The translations under genes and the position numbers were made by a program. Below the pieces are notes generated by a model, which was not told where the DNA came from, made no database searches, and worked only from the letters and a program-made list of their open reading frames with translations. Shown one piece after another: positions 50,511 to 60,584 of a stretch of 64,000 bases of DNA; within the stretch, counting starts at the first letter, position 1, and every line of letters starts with the position of its first letter. The stretch lies in NCBI GenBank assembly GCA_947466965.1, contig CANIFU010000004.1, positions 10,885 to 74,884 of the forward strand. The letters are read 5' to 3'. Source of the stretch: Bacteroidota bacterium. Its GTDB lineage: Bacteria > Bacteroidota > Bacteroidia > 2-12-FULL-35-15.

Positions 50511-52090
50511 TTATTTTTCGGGGAATAAATAAACAGCAGGAAAGAATTAAAGAAGGCAAAAAAAGTCACTCCAGCTTGTGTTTCAAGAGTATCTTCTGTC
50601 AAAAAAGAAACAATAGCTATCAATAAAAAAGTAACGTACAAATAATCTATTTTTTTTCTACTTAAAAAAATCGGATAAAAAAGTGTGATCAAAAACCAAA
50701 GCAATCCAACAATTCCAAATGCTACAGTAATAGATAGATATTGATTGTGAGCTCGTAACCTCCACTCTTTTAATAATGGAGAATTCATTTTTTCGTATTG
50801 CATCTCGAATGCTTTCTGTACATCACCTGTTCCAACTCCAAAAAAAATGTTCTCTTTTATAATACCGATTGCAGCTTTCCAAAATTCAAAACGCTGAGTA
50901 ATTGAATGACCATTTGGATCACCTGTTGTTTTATACAAATTAAGCTCCCAAGAAATCTCATGCAAACGACCTTCCAAACTAGAAAGAGTTTGATAGTTCA
51001 CATTCGCTACTCCTCTTTCAATAGATTTCACTTCTTGCTCAGTTAATGAATTTACAGCATCGGCATCCTTTCTTAAGCCTTTCGATGCTAAAAAACGCAT
51101 TAGTGTAAAGTTTATATAATTGTCTTTTAAATCTTTTTCTGTAAATTTTATTGCACTCCTATTATTCCAGGACTCTTCGAGTTCATTATTACAATAGTAA
51201 ATCCAAACATAATGACCGTTTTCTGTAAGTTTGCTATCTCTCTCATGTGAATATAAATTTCCTCTGGAAGTGGTAGTTTCCAATTTCGAAAAATCAATTT
51301 TTTCTGATTCAACAGAACCATTGTTAATTTTAACAGACAAATAAAATACAAATATGCCAATTAATGAAACCATAAAAAATGCAGCATATTTCAATGCTTT
51401 TATTTTAGAAGTTAAAATTGCATATCCAGATACAACAAATGTTGAAAAACACAATGCTACAAGCCCTGTGATTGATTCTGTTATCACTAAAAAGGTAATT
51501 AGCCATAACGCAACTGATATCCAGAACAACTTGAAAGCAACATTAGTATTAAAATATATAAAATACCCCGAGATAAATAGGGCGATACAAATTAATAAGG
51601 CAAATCGAATATGAGAAATAAAAATAGAGACGCTTCGAATGTCAACTATCTCTCGATGCAGCATTCCTGTCAAAATTAGCGTACTGATAATTGTTCCAAT
51701 AATAATTGCACCGACAAAAAATTGCATAATAGCATCAATTACTCTTTTTGAAAGAGGTTTTGATGTAGATAAAATGAGCGGCAAGACTAGCAATGGGGCT
51801 TTTATTCGAATATCTTTAAAAGCATATGTAAAATCAGAAGTGTAGAATAACCCTAACAAATGCAACAATAATAATGAACAGATAATTAGAGCAGATTTAT
51901 TATTTTTAAATGAGGTAAATTTATTTAATAAGTTACCCTCCAAAACCCAATTACAAAATAAAATAATTTGAGAAAGGCTCATCAAAAATTTTGAAAGCGG
52001 TAATCCTATCACTAATAAAATTAGGGCGAAAATATAAACATATGTATGATACTTTTCGGAGAGTAGAGATTTCCTCATAGCTAATTGCAA
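50507..52090 (-). CDS. O-antigen ligase (WaaL/Wzy_C) family membrane protein
   Basis: 527 aa. It has ~10 TM helices, a large periplasmic loop and a C-terminal RAHNQYL motif. Confidence 0.68.
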   Translation of the reverse strand: MQLAMRKSLLSEKYHTYVYIFALILLVIGLPLSKFLMSLSQIILFCNWVLEGNLLNKFTSFKNNKSALIICSLLLLHLLGLFYTSDFTYAFKDIRIKAPLLVLPLILSTSKPLSKRVIDAIMQFFVGAIIIGTIISTLILTGMLHREIVDIRSVSIFISHIRFALLICIALFISGYFIYFNTNVAFKLFWISVALWLITFLVITESITGLVALCFSTFVVSGYAILTSKIKALKYAAFFMVSLIGIFVFYLSVKINNGSVESEKIDFSKLETTTSRGNLYSHERDSKLTENGHYVWIYYCNNELEESWNNRSAIKFTEKDLKDNYINFTLMRFLASKGLRKDADAVNSLTEQEVKSIERGVANVNYQTLSSLEGRLHEISWELNLYKTTGDPNGHSITQRFEFWKAAIGIIKENIFFGVGTGDVQKAFEMQYEKMNSPLLKEWRLRAHNQYLSITVAFGIVGLLWFLITLFYPIFLSRKKIDYLYVTFLLIAIVSFLTEDTLETQAGVTFFAFFNSFLLFIYSPKNN

Positions 52091-52182
52091 CGCAAATGTT
52101 GCAAATTAATTGTGTTAAAACTTTAAAATTGTAAAAAAAACATCCGGGTTAATGGATGTCTTAGCATTAAAACAATTCAATA

Positions 52183-53910
52183 TTAATTTTCTTTCGTTTT
52201 TTTATGATCTTTTGATTTATCGGATCCCGAATGATGAGTGTCAATTACGCCAGGGGTTGTCAATATTTTGGTATACTTTTCTGTATCATTTAACAAAGCT
52301 AAAGCCTCTGCTATTTCTTTATCATCTTTTAATGATGCTTCCAATCGACCATCCTGAAAATAGTAACGGGATGCAATCTCCTCTTCTAAAAATTGACTGA
52401 TCTCGGATTTATATTTTACTAGATCATCTTTTTTGTTATGTGTAATTTTACTTTTCAATGCTTCTATATCCGCTCCAATCAAATCAATTGATTTATCGGC
52501 TTTGGCATCGTTTTGAAAATCTTCTAAAGCTTTTTCCGTTTTGGTTGTGTAATCATATTCCTTATTGCCCAAAAATGCAACAAAAGAATCGTAATCAGCA
52601 TCTGATAATTTAAAATCTTTAGCAGAAATAATAGTTGAATGAGCAATGCGGTAGCTGGTAGCAAAATCGAAAATCAAATTTTTTGTAACAAGACTGCCTA
52701 ATATACTACTGAATTTCTGAGGTTCAACGGTAAGATCCGGAGCAATTCCTCCACCGTCATAAACAATTCTGCCGTTTTTAGTTTTAAAAGCAGTAATTAA
52801 TGAATCTGCTACTTTATCCACACTCCCATCTTCATTTCGATGGGAATAATCCAATGCTTGAATGCATCTTCCGCTTGGTGTATAATATTTAGCAACTGTT
52901 ACTTTTAGTTGCGCATTATAGCTCAAAGGACGGGTTTGCTGCACCAATCCTTTTCCGTATGATCGTTGTCCGATCACCACTCCTCTATCAAGATCCTGTA
53001 ACGATCCCGATACAATTTCGGAAGCGGAAGCAGAACCTCTGTCAACCAATACAACAACAGGTATTGAAAGATCAACAGGAGAACTGTTGCCTTTATAGAT
53101 TTTATCCCAATCTTTTACCTTACCACGTGTACTCACGATCTCTGTTCCTTTTTCTTCAAAAAGATTCACGATATCTATTGCTTCTTTTAAAAGTCCACCA
53201 GGATTGCCACGAAGATCTAAGACCAACGATTTTAGGTCAGGATTCTTTTTCAAATCTAATAACGCAGCTTTTACTTCTGCTGCGGCACTCTCCGTAAATC
53301 CTGAAAGTTTTATATATCCAACATTTTTGGAAACCATGCCGGAATAGGGCACGCTTTTAATTTTTATTTCTTCACGATTAATTATTTTTTCGATCGGTTT
53401 TGATTCTCCTTCTCTTTCAATTAATAATTTAATGCTGGTACTTGCCTGTCCTTTCAAATATTTGCTGATGTCATCCGTTTTTTTACCTTTTACATCAATA
53501 TCATTTACTTTAAGAATTTTATCTCCCGCTCTTAAATCCGCTTTTTGCGCAGGGAAACCTTGATAGGGTTCTGAGATAACAACATAGTCGCCAATCTGAC
53601 GAACCAAGGCGCCAATGCCGCCATACTGTCCCGTAGTCATGTAACGATAATCTTCTATTTCAGATTCAGGAATAAAATTTGTGTAGGGGTCTAATGATGC
53701 GAGCATGTCATCAATTCCTTTTTTCATCAAGTCACCAGGATTCGTTTCGTCAACATAATAAATATTCAGCTCACGGAAGAGGGTCGCAAAAATGTCTAGA
53801 TTTTTGGAAACTTCGAAATAGCTGTCAACAAAGCTGAAAGAGATAAAACCGTATAAGGCAATAGCAATTGCAATGAATACTACTTTAAATTTTTTAATAA
53901 CTATTTTCAT
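52183..53910 (-). CDS. ctpA: Carboxy-terminal processing (S41) peptidase with PDZ domain
   Basis: 575 aa. It has a signal/TM anchor and a PDZ domain. The S41 catalytic region is LVLDLRGNPGGLL ... SASASE. Confidence 0.85.
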   Translation of the reverse strand: MKIVIKKFKVVFIAIAIALYGFISFSFVDSYFEVSKNLDIFATLFRELNIYYVDETNPGDLMKKGIDDMLASLDPYTNFIPESEIEDYRYMTTGQYGGIGALVRQIGDYVVISEPYQGFPAQKADLRAGDKILKVNDIDVKGKKTDDISKYLKGQASTSIKLLIEREGESKPIEKIINREEIKIKSVPYSGMVSKNVGYIKLSGFTESAAAEVKAALLDLKKNPDLKSLVLDLRGNPGGLLKEAIDIVNLFEEKGTEIVSTRGKVKDWDKIYKGNSSPVDLSIPVVVLVDRGSASASEIVSGSLQDLDRGVVIGQRSYGKGLVQQTRPLSYNAQLKVTVAKYYTPSGRCIQALDYSHRNEDGSVDKVADSLITAFKTKNGRIVYDGGGIAPDLTVEPQKFSSILGSLVTKNLIFDFATSYRIAHSTIISAKDFKLSDADYDSFVAFLGNKEYDYTTKTEKALEDFQNDAKADKSIDLIGADIEALKSKITHNKKDDLVKYKSEISQFLEEEIASRYYFQDGRLEASLKDDKEIAEALALLNDTEKYTKILTTPGVIDTHHSGSDKSKDHKKTKEN

Positions 53911-54019
53911 CGTATTTGTTTTTAATATCTATACTTTTTAATCTTTTTAAAACTACAATTGTTTTCGAAATTCCTAAATGAAGATATTGTTTTTAGTTCA
54001 ACGTTACTTCACTGTTTGC

Positions 54020-54250
54020 CTAAGGAACCGGATCATGACCATGCCCCCCCCATGGATGGCATCTAGAAATACGTTTTACAGTTAAACCAAAACCTTTAAA
54101 AAAACTGTACTTTTTAAATGCTTCTATCCCATACTGGGAGCAGGAAGGTTCGAATCTGCAAGCAGGACCCAACAATGGAGAAACCGTATATTGATACAAT
54201 TTAATCAATGTAATGAACAAAAAACTAAAGGGTTTGCTTATCCACTTCAT
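54020..54250 (-). CDS. yidD: Membrane protein insertion efficiency factor YidD
   Basis: 76 aa. The motifs [10 protein letters not shown]...[14 protein letters not shown] are present. Confidence 0.85.
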   Translation of the reverse strand: MKWISKPFSFLFITLIKLYQYTVSPLLGPACRFEPSCSQYGIEAFKKYSFFKGFGLTVKRISRCHPWGGHGHDPVP

Positions 54251-54627
54251 TTAAAATCGCTGATCAGTGTATTATTTAAGCGTTTAAATGCTTCTTTCAA
54301 TTTCTGCTCTATCTCTTTAAATTCCAATTTAGTTTTGGCCGTGTAGATCAAGATTAGTAATATTTTTTTTTCTCCTAAAACAGTATACGTATTTTGTTTT
54401 TCTTTTCTGTATGCTTCCCTTATCTGGCGCTTCAAGCGATTACGGTCAACAGCTTTTTTAAAAGAACGTTTTGGGACACTGATTACTATTTTTACAGGTG
54501 CTGAACTTTCTGCTATAGGAATCCAACTAATCCTAAAAGGCGAATAATTAAATGGTTTACCATTTGCCATCAGCCGATCAATTAAAATCTTACTGCATAA
54601 ACGTTCGTTTTTGGAAAATGTTTGCAT
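54247..54627 (-). CDS. rnpA: Ribonuclease P protein component
   Basis: 126 aa basic protein with the RNR-like motif [14 protein letters not shown]. It overlaps yidD by 4 bp. Confidence 0.8.
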   Translation of the reverse strand: MQTFSKNERLCSKILIDRLMANGKPFNYSPFRISWIPIAESSAPVKIVISVPKRSFKKAVDRNRLKRQIREAYRKEKQNTYTVLGEKKILLILIYTAKTKLEFKEIEQKLKEAFKRLNNTLISDFK

Positions 54628-54721
54628 TGCAACTATAAAAGTAAAATTAATTAACCTTTATCACAACAAAAAAGTGAACGAAGTATTTTAGAATTGAGGC
54701 GATTAAAAACAACTTAGATTA

Positions 54722-55474
54722 TTATTTTGACTTGTTGGCTGCTATAATATATTGTTCTAAAGCCATTGTCATGGAAGGGGCTTTGGGATTAGGTGCATGA
54801 ATATCTAGATTTAATCCAGCTTCCTTTACCGCTTTTGCAGTAGTAGGTCCAAAACAGGCAATACGAGTGTTATTCTGTTTGAATTTTGGGAAATTCTTGA
54901 AAAGAGATTTGATACCTGCTGGTGTAAAAAACACTAAAATATCATAATTAACATTCGCCAAATCACTCAAATCACTAGCAACAGTGCGAAACATTACAGC
55001 TTTTGTAAATTTAATTTTTACAGCTTCTAATTTATCTGCAATCTCTTCTCGGGCAATATCGGAGCAGGGAAGTAAAAAATTTTCCTGCTTGTGTTTTTTT
55101 ATCACTTCCATTAAGTCGCTTACTGTTTGTTTTCCGTGAAAGATCTTACGCTTACGGTACAAGACGTATTTTTGAAGATAGAAAGCCGTAGATTCTGAAA
55201 CGCAAAAATATTTCATCGTCTCAGGAACTGTAACTCTCATTTCCTGACACATTCTAAAATAATGATCAACTGCATTCCTACTGGTCATAATTACTGCAGT
55301 ATACTCAGCAATATTCACTTTATCTTTTCTGAAATCTTGAGCCGAAACCCCTTCTATATGAATAAAAGGACGAAAATCGATCTTCACATTGCATTTTTTT
55401 GCAAGATCAAGATATGGAGATTTATCCCCTTCAGCAGGTTTAGGCTGAGATACAAGTAATGTTTTAACTTTCAA
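54722..55474 (-). CDS. Uroporphyrinogen-III synthase-like (HemD family)
   Basis: 250 aa with a two-lobe HemD-like pattern. The typical Flavobacteriia neighbourhood is present (DUF4271 upstream, rnpA downstream). Confidence 0.55.
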   Translation of the reverse strand: MKVKTLLVSQPKPAEGDKSPYLDLAKKCNVKIDFRPFIHIEGVSAQDFRKDKVNIAEYTAVIMTSRNAVDHYFRMCQEMRVTVPETMKYFCVSESTAFYLQKYVLYRKRKIFHGKQTVSDLMEVIKKHKQENFLLPCSDIAREEIADKLEAVKIKFTKAVMFRTVASDLSDLANVNYDILVFFTPAGIKSLFKNFPKFKQNNTRIACFGPTTAKAVKEAGLNLDIHAPNPKAPSMTMALEQYIIAANKSK

Positions 55475-55529
55475 TTTTGTTGCATTTTAGTGAAACAAAC
55501 AAAATAAATACTACTTTTTAAAAAGAAAA

Positions 55530-56318
55530 CTATTTTGTATTGAGTAAAAATATCTTCACAATTATTACAAAAGGTAATATTTCAAGGGTGCAAAGATATA
55601 AAAATAAATAGAATTTGGAAACTCTCATGCTGTTAAAACCAATAATAACTACTCGTAACAATCTGATAAACAGTAAAAAAACAAATAAACTGATTCCTGA
55701 ATAAACAAAAAACAAAGGAGACACATCCCTTACAAATGCCATACAGACTACAATTGGAAGTAAAAACAGACCGAGAATATTACAAAAAAGGAAGATAATC
55801 ATTGCATATTCACTGGCATTTTTAGGGGTTTGAAATACATATCCAAAAACCCTCACAATCAGTATTTTTAGACCATAAATCATACTTACAACCGTTGCTG
55901 TTTTTATAAAGAACCATGTTTCATTTCCACTTTTATTAAAACCATAGAAGCTTGCAGAGAGGGAAATGAACATTGAAAATGTTATTATAAACAAAAGCAG
56001 CAAAAAAATTGAAACCCTATTACCCAATGAAAGTTCGTCACGCCCCAACTGATTGGCGTATCTATTAAGATAATATGCTTTAATTACCTGATCTAACCGT
56101 TTGCGATTTGCTGAATACAACCAAACGAACAGAATAAATGCTACCAATAATAGCGTTGCTTCACCAAAATCGAAATCAGTAAAATGCAGTTGCGGTTTTT
56201 CTGTTATTTTATTCAACAGATGACCTTCAAAAAGTGAATTTGTATGTGTTGAATCGACATCCCCAACTAAAGGAACAGAATGGGATGGAGTGCTAATATG
56301 AGTAGGGTTATTCTGCAA
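55530..56318 (-). CDS. DUF4271-like polytopic membrane protein
   Basis: 262 aa with ~6 TM helices. It is commonly found adjacent to hemD in Flavobacteriia. Confidence 0.5.
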   Translation of the reverse strand: MQNNPTHISTPSHSVPLVGDVDSTHTNSLFEGHLLNKITEKPQLHFTDFDFGEATLLLVAFILFVWLYSANRKRLDQVIKAYYLNRYANQLGRDELSLGNRVSIFLLLLFIITFSMFISLSASFYGFNKSGNETWFFIKTATVVSMIYGLKILIVRVFGYVFQTPKNASEYAMIIFLFCNILGLFLLPIVVCMAFVRDVSPLFFVYSGISLFVFLLFIRLLRVVIIGFNSMRVSKFYLFLYLCTLEILPFVIIVKIFLLNTK

Positions 56319-56399
56319 AGTAATGCAAAGTTAATGATTTCTATGCGAACAAAAAAGGCCAATCAAATTGATCAGCCTCTTTGAGAGTGTTTTAATTTC

Positions 56400-57404
56400 T
56401 TAATGTTTTTTCTTACCTCCCAGCGTAAACACCCTTGAAATATTAAAGCCGAATTTAAAGCCGCCTTTTAACCAACTATCTGTGGTATTTGGAATATAAT
56501 TATTTTCAATTATTCCTGAAGCATTTGTGAAATTAAGGTGAAATACATGTCCGCCAGTTTCAATTTCAAAACCTAAAGCCAAAGGGTGATAATATGGATT
56601 AGCAGTATTATTTTTTCTGAAATCAGAAAACGTATAATAATAATCAGCAATGATGCCTAAACGTTTGGTGATTTTAAATCTGAAACCTCCTCCTATAGCA
56701 AGCAAATCATTCGATTCTACAGAACCATTATCTGCATTTATACTTCCCAAAACATAATTACGATGTTGGTAGGTAGGTGTTAATTGCATGGAAAAGCGCC
56801 ATCCGAATTTGCGGGCGATCAACAATTGAGTTGTATATGCGAAACGATGTATGTCGTTTTGTTTAAAGTCTGCGTTTTTAACAACACCACTATAAAATTG
56901 ATTTGCAGCTTGAGGACTGTAACTAACATCAGCATAAACTGCAAGAGTAAGTGGTACATGATTGTCTAACGTCTGACTTAAAATACGGTATTTTAATAAT
57001 CCGTCAATTAATTCATTTTGTTTACTGCGACCTACTCCTAATGTAAGGTTATCGGTAATACCAAAATCAAATCCAATTCGGATGTCAGCCGAATTATCAA
57101 AACCATATAATTGATGACCGCCACCACCACTCTGTTCACCAATATTACCGAAGCGATGCGTCACACTGAAATCCATTGTACCGGCTTTAACCGTTTCAGT
57201 AGATTGCATGTTAATAATTTTGGATCCTTTAAAAGTTGCAATTACTTTTTCATGCGTTTTTTTTCCGCCTGCCGAATCCAACAATGCCAGCATATCATCC
57301 TGTGAATACACATTAACTCCGAAACATGCAAATGCAATAAAAGCTAAGCCTTTTTTTGAGATTATCATAATTTTAATTCTTTTTAAATGGAACAAGTACC
57401 GCAT
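56400..57404 (-). CDS. Putative outer-membrane beta-barrel protein
   Basis: 334 aa with a signal peptide. Alternating amphipathic strands and a C-terminal aromatic residue are present. Confidence 0.45.
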   Translation of the reverse strand: MRYLFHLKRIKIMIISKKGLAFIAFACFGVNVYSQDDMLALLDSAGGKKTHEKVIATFKGSKIINMQSTETVKAGTMDFSVTHRFGNIGEQSGGGGHQLYGFDNSADIRIGFDFGITDNLTLGVGRSKQNELIDGLLKYRILSQTLDNHVPLTLAVYADVSYSPQAANQFYSGVVKNADFKQNDIHRFAYTTQLLIARKFGWRFSMQLTPTYQHRNYVLGSINADNGSVESNDLLAIGGGFRFKITKRLGIIADYYYTFSDFRKNNTANPYYHPLALGFEIETGGHVFHLNFTNASGIIENNYIPNTTDSWLKGGFKFGFNISRVFTLGGKKKH

Positions 57405-57921
57405 CTAATTTCACATCCAAATCTTCTGCTATATTCTGAATGTATAAACTAGGCACTTTAATACCGTAATCTGCAATGTGTATTTTAAACGTTGTTGAAA
57501 TCGTAATTTCTTCTCCTTTGATATTTAAAGACCCGTCGATTGTTACGTCTTTATCTACTCCATGCATTGACATTTTTCCAGTAACGGTAACTTTATTCTC
57601 TGCATCTTTTGACCAATCAATTTTCTCATTGATTTTTCCTTTGAAGATAGTGTTTGGAAATTTTTCACTTTCCATATAGTTTTCATTAAAATGTTCTTGC
57701 ATCAATGCTTTTTCAAAAACAAAAGCCGTGTTCACGATTTTGATCTGAATTTCATTTGTTGATTTATTGATCAAGGGTTTTGATGCCTTATTGATCGCTT
57801 CTATATTTTCAAGAGGAGACGCGGAAAAGAAACTCACCACACAGGTTTTTGCTATAACAATTTGTGCTGAATAACTTGTACTGATTGCAATTGCTGCTAT
57901 TAATAAAATTAATTTTTTCAT
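57373..57921 (-). CDS. YceI-like periplasmic polyisoprenoid-binding protein
   Basis: 182 aa with a signal peptide. The YceI-like pattern is ...MHGVDKDVTIDG.... Confidence 0.5.
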   Translation of the reverse strand: MKKLILLIAAIAISTSYSAQIVIAKTCVVSFFSASPLENIEAINKASKPLINKSTNEIQIKIVNTAFVFEKALMQEHFNENYMESEKFPNTIFKGKINEKIDWSKDAENKVTVTGKMSMHGVDKDVTIDGSLNIKGEEITISTTFKIHIADYGIKVPSLYIQNIAEDLDVKLDAVLVPFKKN

Positions 57922-57960
57922 ACCTATGAGTTTAATATTGAAATAAAAGTTTACTTAATA

Positions 57961-58305
57961 TTAGTTATTTTGAGCACCTTGTTCCATCCAACACTTCAAC
58001 TTACCCAACTCTTCTTCTGTTAATTGTGGTGATAGAGCAGGTGCCATATCTTTTGATATAAAAACTCTCGCCTTTAGAGTTCCATCATCCGCTTTTGATT
58101 TAAATACATTGAAATCTGAAAAATCGCCCGTTCCAGAACCACCAGCAGCATGACATGTAACACATTTTGAATCAATGAACGATTTGATATCTGAAGCAAA
58201 GGACATTGTAGTGGAACAACCAAGGGTTAAAGGTTCCGCTTTTTCAAACGAACAAGAAGCGAAGAATAAAGATGCAAATACACTTGGGAAAATTATTTTT
58301 TTCAT
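57961..58305 (-). CDS. Small lipoprotein with one CxxCH...MP module (putative mono-heme cytochrome c-like)
   Basis: 114 aa. The lipobox is FFASC. The module reads CVTCH...DFSDF...DMAP...W...GA. Confidence 0.5.
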   Translation of the reverse strand: MKKIIFPSVFASLFFASCSFEKAEPLTLGCSTTMSFASDIKSFIDSKCVTCHAAGGSGTGDFSDFNVFKSKADDGTLKARVFISKDMAPALSPQLTEEELGKLKCWMEQGAQNN

Positions 58306-58396
58306 GCTTTATTTTTTTATATACAGTATATATATTATTATAAAAACAAATTTATTAAATTAAGGTGAATACTTTTTAAAAGAAAAAAAATAAAAA

Positions 58397-58852
58397 CTAT
58401 TTCACTTTGCCAAAATCTTTTGTATTAACCAATACGCCTGCTTCATCCCAAAAAGTCCAAATTCCACTTTCTTTATCATTTGTATAAAATCCTTCATACC
58501 GCTTATTACCATTTTCGTACCATGTTGTAGTTTTACCAAATTTTATTCCACCAACATATGTTGATTCGCTCCACTGCACTCCATTTTCATAAAAACTTTT
58601 CCATAAACCTTCCCGCTTCGAATCTTTCATCATTCCTTGCATTTTAACCGCACCACTTTTATAGCGGGAAATACTCTCGCCATCTGAAGTTGCAGTGTCC
58701 TGTGCTGATACAATAGTAAAGTTTGTTGAATCAGGATTGATTGTAGGTGTCAATGTTGTTTTTACTTCTTCAGAAGCTTTTTTATCCGCTTGGTTAGAAC
58801 AAGAAACCAATCCGCAAATAATGAATGAGAATACTATGGCTTTTGTTTTCAT
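58397..58852 (-). CDS. MORN-variant repeat lipoprotein
   Basis: 151 aa. The lipobox is LVSC. The repeats are G.W..FYENG / G..T.WYENG. Confidence 0.6.
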   Translation of the reverse strand: MKTKAIVFSFIICGLVSCSNQADKKASEEVKTTLTPTINPDSTNFTIVSAQDTATSDGESISRYKSGAVKMQGMMKDSKREGLWKSFYENGVQWSESTYVGGIKFGKTTTWYENGNKRYEGFYTNDKESGIWTFWDEAGVLVNTKDFGKVK

Positions 58853-58911
58853 TTTTTTGGTGTTTCTTTATCCGATTAATTGATTCGTTTATGTCAGGTT
58901 GTATTTTATAA

Positions 58912-59883
58912 TTAATTTTTTCGTTCGGTTGTATATCTTACCAATCCTTCCAAAGAAGCTTTAGAAGGCTTATCTGCAAAAGGACGAAGCAATTCCAAGG
59001 CTGTATTTTTATATCCATTCATCTTCTCTTCTGCATATTGTATGCCTCCACTATGAATAACAAAATCAATTACTTCAGCAACTTTCTCTGGATCGTTGTT
59101 GTTGTTTTTAACAATATTAATTATCCTTCTTTTTTCAAAATAACTGGCATTATTCAAGGCGTAGATCAATGGCAATGTCATTTTTTTTTCTTTGATATCA
59201 ATACCTGTAGGTTTACCGATATTTGATCCATTTCCATAATCAAACAAATCATCTTTTATCTGAAATGCAATCCCAACCGCTTCACCAAACGCACGCAATT
59301 GTTCAATTACTTTTTCATCTTTGGTTACTGATGCCGCTCCACAAGCACAACAAGATGCAATTAATGATGCTGTTTTTTTACGGATAATATCAAAATAAAC
59401 AGCCTCATCAATATCTAATTTTCTTGCTTTTTCAATTTGCAATAACTCTCCTTCACTCATTTCTCTTACCGCATTTGAAACCAATCCCAAGAGATGATAA
59501 TCTTTATTATCTACTGAAAGTAATAAGCCTCTTGACAATAAAAAATCACCTACCAAAACTGCAATTTTATTTTTCCACAACGCGTTTACCGAAAAGAAAC
59601 CTCTTCGTTCATTTGAATCATCAACAACATCATCATGAACTAAAGTTGCAGTATGCAATAGCTCAATTAAAGAGGCCGCTCTGTAAGTTGAATCATTCAT
59701 ATCACCTACCAATTTTGCTGACAAAAAAACGAACATCGGACGCAATTGTTTTCCTTTACGTTTCACAATATAATGCGTAATCTTATCGAGTAATGGAACA
59801 GAACTCTTCATTGAAGCTTTGAACTTCAACTCAAATTCATCCATCTCTTTTTCAATAGGTGCTTTTATTTCTTTTACTGTCAT
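58912..59883 (-). CDS. ispB: Polyprenyl diphosphate synthase (octaprenyl/solanesyl, IspB-like)
   Basis: 323 aa. The first motif is DDVVDDS (DDxxD) and the second is DDLFD. Confidence 0.85.
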   Translation of the reverse strand: MTVKEIKAPIEKEMDEFELKFKASMKSSVPLLDKITHYIVKRKGKQLRPMFVFLSAKLVGDMNDSTYRAASLIELLHTATLVHDDVVDDSNERRGFFSVNALWKNKIAVLVGDFLLSRGLLLSVDNKDYHLLGLVSNAVREMSEGELLQIEKARKLDIDEAVYFDIIRKKTASLIASCCACGAASVTKDEKVIEQLRAFGEAVGIAFQIKDDLFDYGNGSNIGKPTGIDIKEKKMTLPLIYALNNASYFEKRRIINIVKNNNNDPEKVAEVIDFVIHSGGIQYAEEKMNGYKNTALELLRPFADKPSKASLEGLVRYTTERKN

Positions 59884-59922
59884 AGAAAATTCTATTCTTT
59901 AAAATGGAAAGAAACAAATTTA

Positions 59923-60567
59923 TTAATTATCTAAATAGCCTGCTGCAATCCACTTTTCAATCACTTTAATATCACAATCAGATAGTTTACTTGTATTCTT
60001 TGGCATTGCAGAAAAACTAGACGTATGCTGAATTGAACCCAAAAACTGACCGGTTGCAACAACAGCTGCAACTCCAGAATAGTTGGAGAGGTTATAGCCT
60101 CCACCCGGACTCGCGGAAGAATGACAACCGACACACCAAGAAGTAATTAGTGGCTTAACGCTCCCACTATATGTAAAACTCATCGTATCGCAACTTGAAC
60201 AATTGGATGTATTCTTTGCACCCATATTTATCCACAATTTAATATAACTAACTTCCTTATTACTCAATTTCGGATAATTCTGGGCAGGCATTGAAGGATT
60301 GTTGCCCGAAATCACTATATAAACTTCACTTCTAGAAGGGTGATTTGCTACAACTCCCTTCATAATTCCTTCATAGGATGTTAAGTCATATCCTTCTTCT
60401 TTATCAATAGAATTATGACAACCCGACATTGCACAATTAGAAACAAATATCGGAAGAACATTTTCCTGAAAACAAACATCCGGATTGTACACATCGGACG
60501 CACAATCAGAAAGAGTGATAACCAACATTGTCATCAATAAATATAAAACAGATTTCAATTTTAACAT
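59923..60567 (-). CDS. Lipoprotein with two tandem C(xx/x4)CH...MP modules (putative di-heme cytochrome c-like), paralog of 57961-58305
   Basis: 214 aa. Module 1 has CAMSGCH and module 2 has CVGCH. Each is followed by D/NLS.Y and ...MP...LS..E...W...GA. Confidence 0.5.
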   Translation of the reverse strand: MLKLKSVLYLLMTMLVITLSDCASDVYNPDVCFQENVLPIFVSNCAMSGCHNSIDKEEGYDLTSYEGIMKGVVANHPSRSEVYIVISGNNPSMPAQNYPKLSNKEVSYIKLWINMGAKNTSNCSSCDTMSFTYSGSVKPLITSWCVGCHSSASPGGGYNLSNYSGVAAVVATGQFLGSIQHTSSFSAMPKNTSKLSDCDIKVIEKWIAAGYLDN

Positions 60568-60584
60568 TTTATTTATGGTTCAGA

